Source of the DNA: Azolla caroliniana
Taxonomy: Eukaryota; Plantae; Polypodiophyta
Length of the DNA: 64,000 nucleotides
Direction: 5' to 3'
Assembly: GCA_043228905.1 (NCBI GenBank)
Contig: JBHGNT010000140.1
Coordinates: 1-64,000, forward strand
A program made the translations under genes and the position numbers. A model generated the notes under the pieces. The model worked only from the letters and a program-made list of their open reading frames with translations, was not told the DNA's origin and did no database searches. Below are positions 12,487 to 24,892 of this stretch, one piece after another. Positions within the stretch are counted from its first letter, which is position 1. Every line of letters starts with the position of its first letter.

Positions 12487-13077
12487 TGTCGTGAAGAAAA
12501 CCGTCCCCAGGCGCAAACCGTGTATAGTGTGTGTGTACCGGCCCTTACACGTGGGCACGACCCTTGTCGTATACTAGATAGGTAGGCACAAAGGTTAAAT
12601 CCTAGGTAGGAATATTCTATAAGGTAAATCGAGGAGTATCTCTGTCCGAAAGGATAGAGAATTAATGTGATGTCAACGGGTGAAACGGCCTCCCTCCTTG
12701 ACCTATAAAAGAGAGGGAGACGGAGGAGAGAAGGGTATCGCACGCTAGAGGGAACGAAGTGCTATCGGACTGGGACCGAGCTCTTCTTCTCTGTCGTTCT
12801 CCATAGCTTTCTTTTGCGCAGGCTCTCAGGAGGCTGATTCTGCTCCGTGGAACGCCCGTGTGCTTCCGGCAGAATCTCCATCTTGCTCTCCTGTGTGCGT
12901 AGGTGATCAGGCGTCCGCACCCACCTCGCCGACCTGGTCGGCTATAACCGTTTGAGTCGTCTGCATACATACAAATACATGCCTATATTTACATACACAC
13001 TCTAGTGTTCTCAACTCGCATCTCCTGTGTTGTTGTGACGCGTCCCCGTGCGCTTCTTTGTCTACACGTGAGTGAGC

Positions 13078-13124
<47 letters not shown>

Positions 13125-13197
13125 CCTCACCTATTCCTCGGTCCAAGACCCCAGTGGTCCCGCCTTGTTCTCCACGCACGCGCGTAACAACGCGACA
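12487..13197 (+). repeat. 5' LTR of element B
   Basis: TGTCGTGAAG...AACGCGACA, with a TATA-like cctataaaag and a (CT)n tract. Near-identical to 18915-19633. Confidence 0.95.
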
Positions 13198-13201
13198 TAT
13201 T

Positions 13202-13219
13202 TGGTGAACCCGACGTGAA
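13202..13219 (+). promoter_or_regulatory. Primer binding site complementary to the 3' end of tRNA-Trp
   Basis: TGGTGAACCCGACGTGAA is the reverse complement of UUCACGUCGGGUUCACCA, the plant tRNA-Trp 3' end as I recall it. It begins 4 nt after the LTR. Confidence 0.85.
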
Positions 13220-13240
13220 CAGGCGGCAGAGGAGTAGAAG

Positions 13241-15357
13241 ATGAGGGGGTCGGACCTCGCAGAAGCCATGGCTTCGGTTGTGGACCGTATAGTGAGTGCG
13301 CGCGAAGGCACCGGCGCCCTTGATAGGGCTATCGAGGCGGTTGTCGGTACGATTAGCCGGTTTAGTGGGAAGGATGCCACGAGCTATTTGGCGTCCTACC
13401 GAGCTGAGATGGTAATGAGGGACATTCCGGAAGAGAGGCGTCTAGCCGGATTCCCTCGAGTGGCGATGTCGGGCATCCATACGGAGGTGCTCGAGGTACG
13501 GGCCGAGAGCCTGACCTGGGAGGAGTTCGAAGGTCGGCTCCTCGAAAGATACGGGCTTGAAGATGCGCTTCGACTTTCGAAGCGGGACTTCATGGAGTGG
13601 GTGGAGACCCCCGACAAAGGAAAGAACGTGTCAGTGCTCCTTCGGGAGTTTGAGGAACGCTTCGCGCGCCTCTCGGTGCTTGACCGGACTGTTCTCGGCA
13701 CAAGCCGTGTCCTATTGTTTGTTAAGTCAGTTGACGAGCAGGATCGGGGGCAAGTAGGCCTCCTATTGGAGACTGATGACGGGCTGACGGCCGACTGGGC
13801 CGTAGTGAAAAGGGTCTGTGGCCGTTTCAACAAACGACGGGAATGGGTTGACAAAGGATCGACAGGGGCAGGCTCTATCGCAGCAAGGAAGCTCGAGCCA
13901 ACACCACCAACGCGAAGGGAAGAGACCCAAGATTGGCTCGAGACCGGGTCGGCTTCAACTGGCGTGGTCAAGGGCTCGTCTGGGGGAGAAGCTTTGGAGG
14001 AGCTGACGCGGATGGTAAGGGATCTCCAGATCGCCCAGGCACGGAGGGATGGTGGCGAACAGGCCCATGACCGACGACCTCTGGCCGAAAACAGGTGCAT
14101 GTGGTGTGACGCAGTTGGGCACATCCGAAAGGACTGCGGGGACTTCGCCGAGGCAACGTGGTGTACCTGTGGAACGGTCGGGTGCACGCCAACAAGACCC
14201 GAAGGGCCCTGAACCTGAACGTCAGGCGAGGGGATATGAAAAGGCTGATGGAGGAGGCGGCGGCTCGTCACGCGGAGACCGTCCACTACTCGGCGTCAGC
14301 TGGTATTCGGGTCGGAGGTGGCGAGCCCCCGAAGACGAACAAAGCCGGGTTCTGGCCGACGATGTTGGAAGGCCTCGCCGGCACACGGCTGAAGAAAGAA
14401 GAGGTGGACCGCGTGGAAAAACGGGTCCGGGAGGTAACCGGGTGGAGTGACCTGGTGGAAGAAAAGACGGGCTTCGTCGAAGCCGCTTGTCAAAACTACG
14501 AGGCTCTGGTGGAGGACAAGCGGGTAGGGAAAACCGGAGGGGCCGAGCCCTCGCAGCGATATGAAACTCGATTCGGGCAAAGACGGAATGAGGCTGTTGT
14601 AACCGGCGCCCAGGATAATCCCAAGAAGGGCGGGTACCGGCTGGGCACAGAAATCGAAAGATCCACGGACCTGCGAAAGGTCCTGGAAGAACAAATCCTC
14701 GACAACAAGGTGGAGCTATCGCTGAGGGAAGTACTCGGGATCGCCAAGAAGGAGTTCCACGACTCCATCGTAGACTTGGTGAAGAGGAAGAGGCTGTCGA
14801 CGGAGACAGAACCGGAGAAGCCAGTGGAGGTGCAGACGACACATATAGAGGACATGGCGCTGGAAGACAAGTTGGCGGAGAGCCACTATTCGAGGCCGCA
14901 CTGGGCCAGAGCGACCACGGAGACCCCCGTGAAGATCGGAGATGTTCATGAACCAGTGTTCGCATTGTTGGACCATGGTTCAGAAATCAATTTGATGTCC
15001 ATGGACTTCTATAAGAAGGGAAAATGGTCGATCAACACCAAGCACGGGTGGAAAATACGGGCGGCGACACGTGCCACCAAAGAACTGCATGGAGCCTGCC
15101 CGAACGTACGAGTAAAGATCGGCGATGTCGAGATTGACCAGCACTTCTTCGTGTAGGAGACGTGCTCACATCCGGTTATACTAGGAGAACCGTACATCAC
15201 GGCAGCACGGATGGAGACCAAGATGTTGGACAACGGCTCGGCCTATGCAAGGGTCATGAGCCAAGATGGGCGTCACCCGGTCCAGTTCCTGACGGTGAGA
15301 CCGAACCATGAGAGGAACCGCGAGACCCTCGGGGGCGAAAGCCGGGAGGATTTTTGA
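13241..15357 (+). pseudogene. ORF1 of element B: Gag plus aspartic protease (frameshift ~14155, stop at 15154)
   Basis: ORFs 13241..14212 and 14158..15156 contain a CCHC knuckle, ALLDHGSEINLM and VILGEPY. The natural end is GAG GAT TTT TGA at 15357. Confidence 0.88.
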
Positions 15358-18300
15358 AGAGGGCTATCAAGGCGTGGGGCCGCGATAGTCCGGACACTCC
15401 GGGAAAACCCCACAAGTGTATGATAGCGAAGAAGACTTGTACTATAAGTAGGGAATTTTGGTTCTCCGACAACGGAGGGTGTACGATAGTCGACATTGTT
15501 GGCAAGAAGAAGAAAAGGGCGGAGGAGCAACTTCAGGCATGTGGTATCCTCGGCCTTGGAGAGGAAATCAACGGAACCGTGGAGGCGGTCTCTTTCATTG
15601 ATACCTTGGGGGAGCTGCGAGAGGTAGTCGGAGGAGTCCTTAAAGAGGACTGAACGATTCCGGTATGTTCGGAAAAGATGTACGAAGTCATCGCGGACTT
15701 CAGTAGAGGGCTCGAGTTGGATCAGACAACCTGAGTGGACACGAGGTACAAGACTGTGGACCGGAAGGTGAGGCCAGTCGCGGCTCCCTTGCCGGAGGGC
15801 AGCGAGTTGCGAATAAAAGGGGTTGCGTCGGACCGGAGTTTACGAAATCCGGCCCGCATAGGACACATGTTCACCGACATAACGCTACGGGAGCTCAAGG
15901 TTGGTGGGGGCGGCTTCCTATTGCCGGCAGAGGAGCACCGGTTTCGGGGAATGCTCGGAAGGCACGGGAAGGCTTTCGCATTCTCACCGGAGGAGATCGG
16001 GTGCGTAGACCCGACAGTCGTGGAACCAATGGTGATATTCACGGTATCGCATGTGCCGTGGAGTCTCAAACCGATTCCAGTACCTAGAGCTCATGTCCCG
16101 AAGCTGATGGAGCTGCTAAAGCAGAAGGTCGAGATGGGGATCCTCGAACCGTCGAGTGCCCCATACTCAAATCGGTGGTTTACCGTGCCGGAGAAGGACG
16201 GCACGCTGCGCTTTATTCAAGACCTGCAGTCGGTCAACAAGGTGACCATTCGAAACGCAGGAATCGGACCGACAATAGACGAGTTCGCGGAGGCCTTCGT
16301 TGGAAGGTCGATTTACTCGATCGGTGATCTCTACTCGGGGTACGATCAGTTCCAGCTTGACGTAAAGAGCAGAGACATCACGACAATGCGAACTCCTCTC
16401 AGCCTAGTACGAATGTGTACTCTGCCGCAAGGAGGGACGAACTCGGTGGCTCACATGGTGAACACAATGATCAAAGTGCTGAGGGATTGTATCCCGGACA
16501 TCACCATGCCATTTTTGGACGACGTCCCGATCAAGGGATGCCCGGTGGAGGAAAGGGACGAGACGATCGGACCGGACGGATGCCGGAAATTCGTGGCGAC
16601 GCACATCGATGACTGCGAGAAGGTGTTGCAGAGGTTGGAGGGCGCGAGGCTCACCTTCTCCGGGGGGAAATCGGCCTTCGGGCAATCAGAGATCATGGTC
16701 GTCGGACACCTATGCAGGCCGTACGGCCGGAAACCGTCTCCGGCTAAGGTAGAAGCCATCTCCGCGATGAAGAACGACTGTAGCTCGGTACAGAGGTTCG
16801 GAGGTTCTTGGGAGTGTGCGCGTTCTACCACACATGGATCCCGCGTTACGCTCACGTCGCGGAGCCGTTATACGGGTTGCTGAAAAAGGGGCGAAAATTC
16901 GAGTGGAGAGACGAGCATATGGAGTCTGTCCGGAAGATGAAGGAAGCACTTGCCGTGGCTCCGGCGCTCCGAAAGGCTGTCTACGGAAAGAGCACTCCAA
17001 TTTACGTAACGGTAGACACGAGTCCGACTGGGATCGGATGGGTCGTCAACCAAGAGGACGAGGACGGCATGCGTTCCCCGATCTGGTTCGGCGCGAAGGT
17101 CCTCAGCGAGCGATAGCGAGGATACGCCCAAGTTAAACGCGAGCTCTGGGGTATCGTTTCGACGGTAAAGGCCGATAAAGACTACCTGATCAGGACAGAG
17201 ATAATTATTGAGACAGACTGCCCGCCAATCCTTGGCATGGTTTCCGAATGCGTGACGCCGGACATGGCAATGCTCAGGTGGATAGCGTACATCAAGTCCC
17301 TGAATCCGGAAATACGACACATTTCCGGGAAAGACAACGCCATGGCCGACATGCTTTCAAGGGCGAGGTTCGAAAACGACGGCGGCATGGTTTCAGAGGA
17401 CGAGGAAGTCGGCGTGGACTTCTTCGAGGCGGCTTACGTAACAACCGGCAGGGAATGCTCTCCAACGCTTAACGATTTCGACGAGAGCAAGTACGACGGG
17501 GAGTGGTTGCAGATCGGCGGGTTCCTGAAAACAATGACACCGGACGCGGCATGGACAACGGACGAGGCCAACCGGATTCGGAAGAAAGCCTACCGATTCT
17601 TTCTCCGAGACGGATACATATGGAAGCACCCAAAGAAGAGGAACGGCATCCCGCTCCGAGTGGTGGCGAAGAAGGAGGAACAAGCGGATTTGCTAGCGGC
17701 GTACCACGATAGCCCGTGGGCTGGACACCGTGGAGCGTGGGCCACGTTCGAAAAGCTAAAGGGGAAGTACTGGTGGCCGGGACTATACCGGGACGTGCAT
17801 CGGTTCGTGACGACTTGCGAAAGCTGTCAGGTGCACTCCATGATCCGACATCAAGATGAGCTTCACCCGACCTACCCTCCGACCGTCCACTTCAAGTGGA
17901 TGGTGGATTTGGTGACGATGCCAATGGGGGTAGGACAGATGTGGTATCTGGTGCTAGCTCGGGAAGATTTAACAAACCAGGTTGAAGGCTGAGCCCTGCA
18001 GAACAAGACGACGGCAGTCGTGTGCCGGTTTTTGATTGAGGACGTAGTATGCTGATACGGGTGCGTAGGGAAGATCGTAGCTGACCGTGGTGAGTTGGAC
18101 GCAGAAGAGGCCGAAGAGTTGTTCGACCGGCTAGGAGTCAAACTTTCGCTCACCACAGCATACGATCCGGAGGCGAACGGGAAGGTGGAGCGCGGACACA
18201 GGCCAATTGTCAAAGTGCTAGTACGGGCGTGCGGAGGTCGAGTCGGGGACTGGCCACGGTTGCTACCTTATGCCTTGTGGGCGGACCGGACTACGCACAG

Positions 18301-18841
18301 TTCGGTAACCGGGTTCATGCCGGCCGAGCTGATGTTCGGACAAAAGCCGATCATGCCAACAGAGCAAACGATCTCCTTGTGGGCCACGGTGGACTGGAGG
18401 GATGAGATGAGCCGGGAGGAACTGTTGGCGGCGCGGATTCGATAGCTCGAGCGGAGGCCGGAGGACGTAGAGCAAGCCGCGGAGAAACTTCGAGTAGCGA
18501 GGATAAGGAACAAAGCCCGGTTCGACCGAACACACCGGTCCAGGCCAAGGAAGATCGAGGAAGGCGACTTGGTGCTAGTCTACGACAGCAGCCTCGACAA
18601 TCGGCACAGGGCCACGCGGAAGTTTGCGAGGAGGTGGTTCGGGCCTTACGTAGTAACAGGCGCCAACGGCAATGGGACGTACCATCTCGCGGAGCTCGAC
18701 GGTACGAGAATGGCAATACCGGTACCGGGGAAGAGGATCAAAGCGTTCAAGAAACGGCACAACGGGGAGCCGGGGCTAAGAAGCATGGACAGCGATGACG
18801 AGCAGCCCAAGGCGGAGGATGAACCGGTAAACGAGGAATAA
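15354..18841 (+). pseudogene. ORF2 of element B: RT-RNase H-integrase (disrupted)
   Basis: ORFs 15354..15653, 15735..16883, 16808..17116, 17237..17992, 18095..18445 and 18569..18841 carry the RT, RH and INT motifs. Confidence 0.92.
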
Positions 18842-18914
18842 CGCTGGGATCGGTTTTCTCCCGTAAACCCAATTATGGCGCATACCGGTGGATGCGCGGT
18901 TAAGTGGGGGCGGA

Positions 18915-19505
18915 TGCCGTGAAGAAAACCGTCCCCAGGCGCAAACCGTGTATAGTGTGTGTGTACCGGCCCTTACACGTGGGCACGACCCTTGTCGTAT
19001 ACTAGATAGGTAGGCACAAAGGTTAAATCCTAGGTAGCAATATTCTATAAGGTAAATCGAGGAGTATCTCTGTCCGAAAGGACAGAGAATTAATGTGATG
19101 TCAACGGGTGAAACGGCCTCCCTCCTTGACCTATAAAAGAGAGGGAGACGGGGGAGAGAAGGGTATCGCGTGCTAGAGGGAACGAAGTGCTATCGGATTG
19201 GGACCGAGCTCTTCTTCTCTGTCGTTCTCCATAGCTTTCTTTTGCGCAGGCTCTCAGGAGGCTGATTCTGCTCCGTGGAACGCCCATGTGCTTCCGGCAA
19301 AATCTCCATCTTGCTCTCCTGTGTGCATAGGTGATCAGGCGTCGGCACCCACCTCGCCGACATGGTCGGCTGTAACCGTTCTAGTCGTCTGCATACATAC
19401 AAATAAATGCCTATATTTACATACACACTCTAGAGTTCTCAACTCGCGTCTCCTGGGTTGTTGTGACGCGTCCCCGTGCGCTTCTTTGTCTATACGTGAG
19501 TGAGC

Positions 19506-19560
<55 letters not shown>

Positions 19561-19633
19561 CCTCACCTATTCCTCGGTCCAAGACCCCAGTGGTCCCACC
19601 TTGTTCTCCACGCACGCGCGTAATAACGCGACA
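18915..19633 (+). repeat. 3' LTR of element B
   Basis: TGCCGTGAAG...AACGCGACA. About 20 substitutions (counted by eye) and a (CT)n length difference relative to the 5' LTR. Confidence 0.95.
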
Positions 19634-22600
19634 ACGGGTCAGATGTGGTGAGGCCCGGAAGACGAGCGAAGCCAGATTCTAGCCGCTGATGCTGGAAGGC
19701 CTCGCCGGCGCACAGCTAAGGAAAGAAGAAGCAGACCACGCGGAAAAACGAGTCCGGGAGGTAACCGGGTGGAGTGACCCGGTCGAAGAGAAGATGGGCT
19801 TCGTTGAAGCCGCATGCCAGAACTACGAGGCTCTGGTGGAAGACAAGCGAGTAGGTAAAACCGGAGGGGCTGGGCCCTCGCAACGGTACGAGACCCGATT
19901 CGGTCAAAGGCAGAATGAGGCCGGTGCGACCATCGCACCGGATAAAGCCAAGAAGGTCGGGTACCGGTTGAGCACGGAAATCGAAAGGACCAGGGACCTA
20001 CGAAAGGTCCTGGAGGAACGTATCCTCGACAGCAAAGTGGAGTTGTCGCTGAGGGAAGTGCTCGGGATCGCCAAGAAGGAGTTCCACGACTCCATCGTAG
20101 ACTTGGTGAAGAGTCAGAGGCTGTCAACAGAGCCAGAGCTGGAGAAGCCAGTGGAAATGCGAACGATGCACATAGAGGACATGGCGCTAGAAGACGAGTT
20201 GGCGGAGAGCTACTATTCGAGGCCGCACTAGGCCAGAGCGACCACAGAGACCCTTGTTAAGATCGGGGATGTCCAGGAGCCGGTGGTGGCGTTGGTGGAC
20301 CACGGTTCAGAAATCAACTTGATGTCCATGGACTTCTACAAAAAGGGGAAATGGTCGATCAACACTAGACACACCTAGAAAATACGGGCAGCGACGCGTG
20401 CCACGGAAGAACTACATGGAGCCTGCCCGAACGTACGGGTGAAAATCGGCGATGTTGAGATCGACCAGCACTTCTTCGCGTAGGAGACGTCCTCACATCC
20501 GGTTATACTAGGAGAACCATACATCACGGCGGCACGGATGGAGACCAAGGTGCTGGACAACGGTTCGGCCTATGCAAGAGTCAAGAGCCAGGACGGGTGT
20601 CACTCAGTTCAGTTCCTAACGGTTCGACCAAACCATGAGTGTAACCGCGAGACCCTCGGTGGCGAAACACGAGGGGATTTTTAGAGAGGGCTATCAAGGC
20701 ATGGGGCCGCGATAGTCTGGACACCCCGGAAAAAGACTTGTACCATAGGTAGGAAATTTTGGTTCTCCGACAACGGGGGTTGTACGATTGTCGGCGTCGT
20801 TGGCCGAGAGAAGAAGAGGGCGAAGGAGCGACTTCGGGCATGCGGAGTCCTCGGCCCTGGAGAGGAAATCACCGGAGCCGTGGAGGCGGTCTCTTTCGAC
20901 GACACCTTGGGACAGTTACGAGAAGTGGTCGGAGGAGGCCTTAAAGAGGACCGGACGGTTCCAGTATGTTCGGAAGGGATGTACGAAGTCATCGTTGACT
21001 TCTGTAACGGGCTCGAGTCGGATCGGACGGCCCGCGTGGATACAAAGTACAAGACTATGGGCTGGAAGGTGAGGCCGGTCGCGGCACCCTTGCCGGAGGG
21101 CAGCGAGGAGCGGATAAAAGGGGTCGCGTCGGACCCAAGTTTACGGAATCCGGCTGGCATAGGGCACCGGTTCACCGACATAACGCTACGGGAGCTCAAG
21201 GTAGGTGGGGGTGGCTTTCTACTGCCGGCGGAGGAGGACAGGTTTCGAAGAATGCTGGGAAGGCATGGGAAAGCCTTCGCGTTCTCGCCGGAGGAGATCG
21301 GGTGCATAAACCCGACAGTTGTGGAACCGATGGTGATCTTCACGGTACCGCATGTGCCGTGGAATCTCAAACCGATTCCGGTACCCAAAGCTCACATCCC
21401 GAAGTTGATGGAGTTGTTGAAATAGAAGGTCGAGATGGGCATCCTCGAACCGTCGAGTGCCCCATACTCGAATCAGTGGTTTACCGTGCCAAAGAAGAAC
21501 AGGACGTTACGTTTTAATCAAGTCCTACAACCGGTCAACAGGGTGACCATCCGTAATGCAGGAATCGGACCGACCATAGACGAGTTCGCGAAGGCCTTCG
21601 CTGGGAGGTCGATCTATTCGATCGGTGACTTATACTCGGGGTACGACCACTTCCAGCTAGCCGTGGAGAGCAGGGATATCACGACGATGTGAACCCCTCT
21701 CGGCCTGGTACGAATGTGTACCCTACCACAAGGCGGGACAAACTCGGTGGCGCATATGGTGAACGCGATGAACAAAGTGTTGAGGGACTGCATCCCGGAC
21801 ATCACCATGCCATTCTTGGACGACAGCCCGATAAAGGGTTGTCCGGTGGAAGATGCGGACAAGACTGTCGAACTAGACGGATGACGGAGGTTCGTCATGA
21901 ACCACATCAACGACTACGAGAGGGTGTTGCAGAGGCTCGAGAGCGCACGACTCACCTTCTCCGGAGAAAAATCGGCATTTGGGCAATCAGAGATCTTGGT
22001 GGTCGGACACCTGTGCGGACCTTACGGTAGGAAACCGTCTCCGGCAAAGGTAGAAGCCATCTCCGCAATGAAGGACGACTGCAGGTCGGTTACGGAAGTC
22101 CGCAAATTATTGGGGGCGTGCGCGTTCTACCACATCTGGATTCCACACTACACGCAAATTATTGGAGCCGCTCTACGGGCTATTGAAGAAAGGGTGTAGG
22201 TTTGAATGGAGGACGAAGCACACGGATTCGGTCTGGAGACTAAAGGAGGCGCTTACGGTAGCACCACCTCTCCGTAAAGCGGCTTACGGAAAGGGAGTCC
22301 CCATCTACGTGACGGTGGACACGAGCCCAACCGGGATTGGGTGGGTGATCAACCAAGAGGATGACATTGGCACGAGGTTCCCCATCCGGTTCGGCGCGAA
22401 GGTCCTCAGTGAGCGACAGCGAGGATACGCCCAGGTTAAACGCGAACTCTGGGGTATCGTTTTGGCGGTGAAGGCCGATAAAGACTACCTAATCGAGACA
22501 GAGGTCATAATCGAGACGAACTGCCTGCCGATTCTCGTCATGGTTTCCGAATGCGTGACGCCGGACCTAGCAATGCTCAGGTGGATAGCGTACATCAAGT

Positions 22601-24890
22601 CCCTGAATCCGAAGATACGACACATTTACGGAAAAGACAATGCCATGGCCGACATGCTCTCAAGGGCGAGGTTCGAAAACGAGGACGGCATGGTTTCGGA
22701 GGAGGAGGAAGTCGGCGTAGATTTCTTCGAGGCGGCATACGTAACGACCAAAAGGGGGTGCACTCTGGCGCTTAACGAATTCGACGAGAGCAAGTATGAC
22801 AGGGAGTGGCTCCAGATCGGCGGGTTCCTGAAAACAATGAAACCGGACGCGGCGTGGACAAAGGAAGAGACCAACCGGATCCGGAAGAAAGCCTACCGAT
22901 TCTTCCTTTGGGACAGGCACATATGGAAACACCCGAAGAAAAGGGACGGCATCCCGCTCCGAGTGGTGGCGAAGAAGGAGGAACATGAGGAGTTGTTGGA
23001 GGCCTACCACAAGAGTCCCTGGGCCGGACACCGCGGAACGTGGGCCATGTTCGAGAAGCTGAAGGGGAAATATTGATGGTCGGAGTTGTACCGGGACGTG
23101 CATCGGTTCGTGACGACTTGCGAAAGCTGCCAGATGCACTTCATAGTCCGACACTAGGACGAGCTTCACCCGACCTACCCTCCGACCGTCCACTTCAAAT
23201 GGATGATGGATTTGGCGACGATGCTGATGGGGGTAGGACAGATGCGATACTTGGTGCTTGCGTGAGAAGACTTAACGAACCAGGTCGAAGATCGTGCACT
23301 GCAGAACAAGACAATCGTGGCAGTATGCCAGTTCCTTATCAAAGAGGTAGTGTGTCGGTACGGGTGCATCGGGAAGATCGTGGCGGACCGGGGAGAGCTG
23401 GATGCGCGGGAAGCTGAGGAGTTGTTCGACCGGCTAGGGGTCAAACTCTCCCTTACTACGGCGTACAATCCGAAGGCGAACGGGAAGGTAGAGCGTGGGC
23501 ACAGGCCGATCGTAAAGGCGTTGATGCGTGCATGCGGAGGGCAGGTCGGGAATTGGTCGTGGCTCCTTCCTTACGTAGTATGGGCGGACTGAACTACGCA
23601 CAGTTCGGTAATCGGGTTCATGCCAACAGAGCGAACCATCTCCTCGTGGGACACGGTGGACTGGAGAGATGAGATGAGACGGGAGGAGCTGCTAGCGGCA
23701 CGGATTCGACAGCTCGAGCGAAGGCCGGAGGACGTGGAACGAGCCGCGGAGAAGCTTCGGTTGGCAAGGTTGAAGAACAAAGGGCGGTTTGACCGGACTC
23801 ACCGACTGCGACCGAAGAATCGAGGAAGGCGACCGGGTCCTAGTGTATGACAGCAGCCTCGACAACCAGCACAAGGCAACGCGGAAGTTTGCAAGGAGGT
23901 GGTTCGGGCCTTACGCGGTGACAAGCGCCAACGACAACGGGACCTACCATCTTGCAGAGCTCGACGGTACGAGGATGGCAATACCGGTAGCAGGGAAGAG
24001 GGTCAAAGCGTTTAAGAAACGACACGAGTGCAAGCCGGATCTGGAAGGCATGGACGGCGACGACGGGCGGTCCGAGACGGATGACGAACCGGAAGATGAG
24101 GAGTAAAGCATGGACTGGTTTTCTCCAGCAAGAGCCCAATTTTGGCGCATACCGGTGGATGCGCAATTAGGTGGGGGCGGATGTCGTGAAGAAAACCGTC
24201 CCTAGGCGGAAACCGAGTTTAGCATGTGTAAACTGGCCCTTACACGCGAGCACACTTTTCGTTGTATAGTAAGTAGGTAGGTACAAGTCGGCTGAGGTGA
24301 AATCCTAGGTAGCACGCATTCAATAGGGAGAGAATCGAGGTGTATCTCTGTTTGAAAGGACAAAGAATTAATGTGATGTAACGGATGATAACGGCCTCCC
24401 TCCTTGGGCTATAAAAGAGAGGGAGAGGGATGAAAAAGGTATCGCGCGTTAGAGAGGACGAAGTGTTGCCGGATTGGGACCGAGCCCTTCTCCTCTACCA
24501 CTGTCCATAGCCATTTTGCGCAAGTTTTCGGGAGGCTGACTCTACTCCGTGGAACGCCCGCGTGCTTCCGGTAGAGTCTCCATCTCGCTCTTCTGTGTGT
24601 GTGAGTGAACAGGCATCGGTGTTCGCCTTGTCGGCCTGTTAGTTGTAACCATCTTGATATATATATATATAGATAGATAGATATATATATACATACGTGT
24701 TCATATACCCGGACTTCTAGTCGAGTCTCGTTTGCTGTGTTGTTGGATTGTGATTCCTGTGTACTCCCGTGTCTACGCGTGTGTAAGTGCGTCTATCGCC
24801 TTTCCATTCTCCCCCCTTCTCAGCTATTTCTCGGTCCAAGACCCCGGTGGTCCCGCCTCGTTCTATACGCACGCGCGTAACAACGCGACA
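19634..24890 (+). mobile_element. Ty3/Gypsy element C, 5'-truncated at the B junction (gag C-terminus, PR, RT, RH, INT pseudogene and 3' LTR 24182-24890)
   Basis: From 19634 it is collinear with B ~14307 onward, with many stops. PPT gtgggggcgga is followed by the LTR TGTCGTGAAG...AACGCGACA. Confidence 0.93.
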
Positions 24891-24892
24891 AC

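Larger units (their letters stand above)
12487..19633 (+). mobile_element. Full-length Ty3/Gypsy LTR retrotransposon B (two LTRs; coding region disrupted)
   Basis: LTRs at 12487-13197 and 18915-19633 have TG...CA ends. PBS at 13202-13219; gag with zinc knuckle CMWCDAVGHIRKDC; PR, RT, RH and INT; PPT taagtgggggcgga. No chromodomain is visible after INT. Confidence 0.96.

Noticed and set aside
13396-14965. Long antisense ORFs (296 and 247 aa) over gag of B, and similar shadow ORFs in A, C and D
   Set aside because: These are shadow ORFs of GC-rich coding sequence and are not conserved as intact ORFs between copies.
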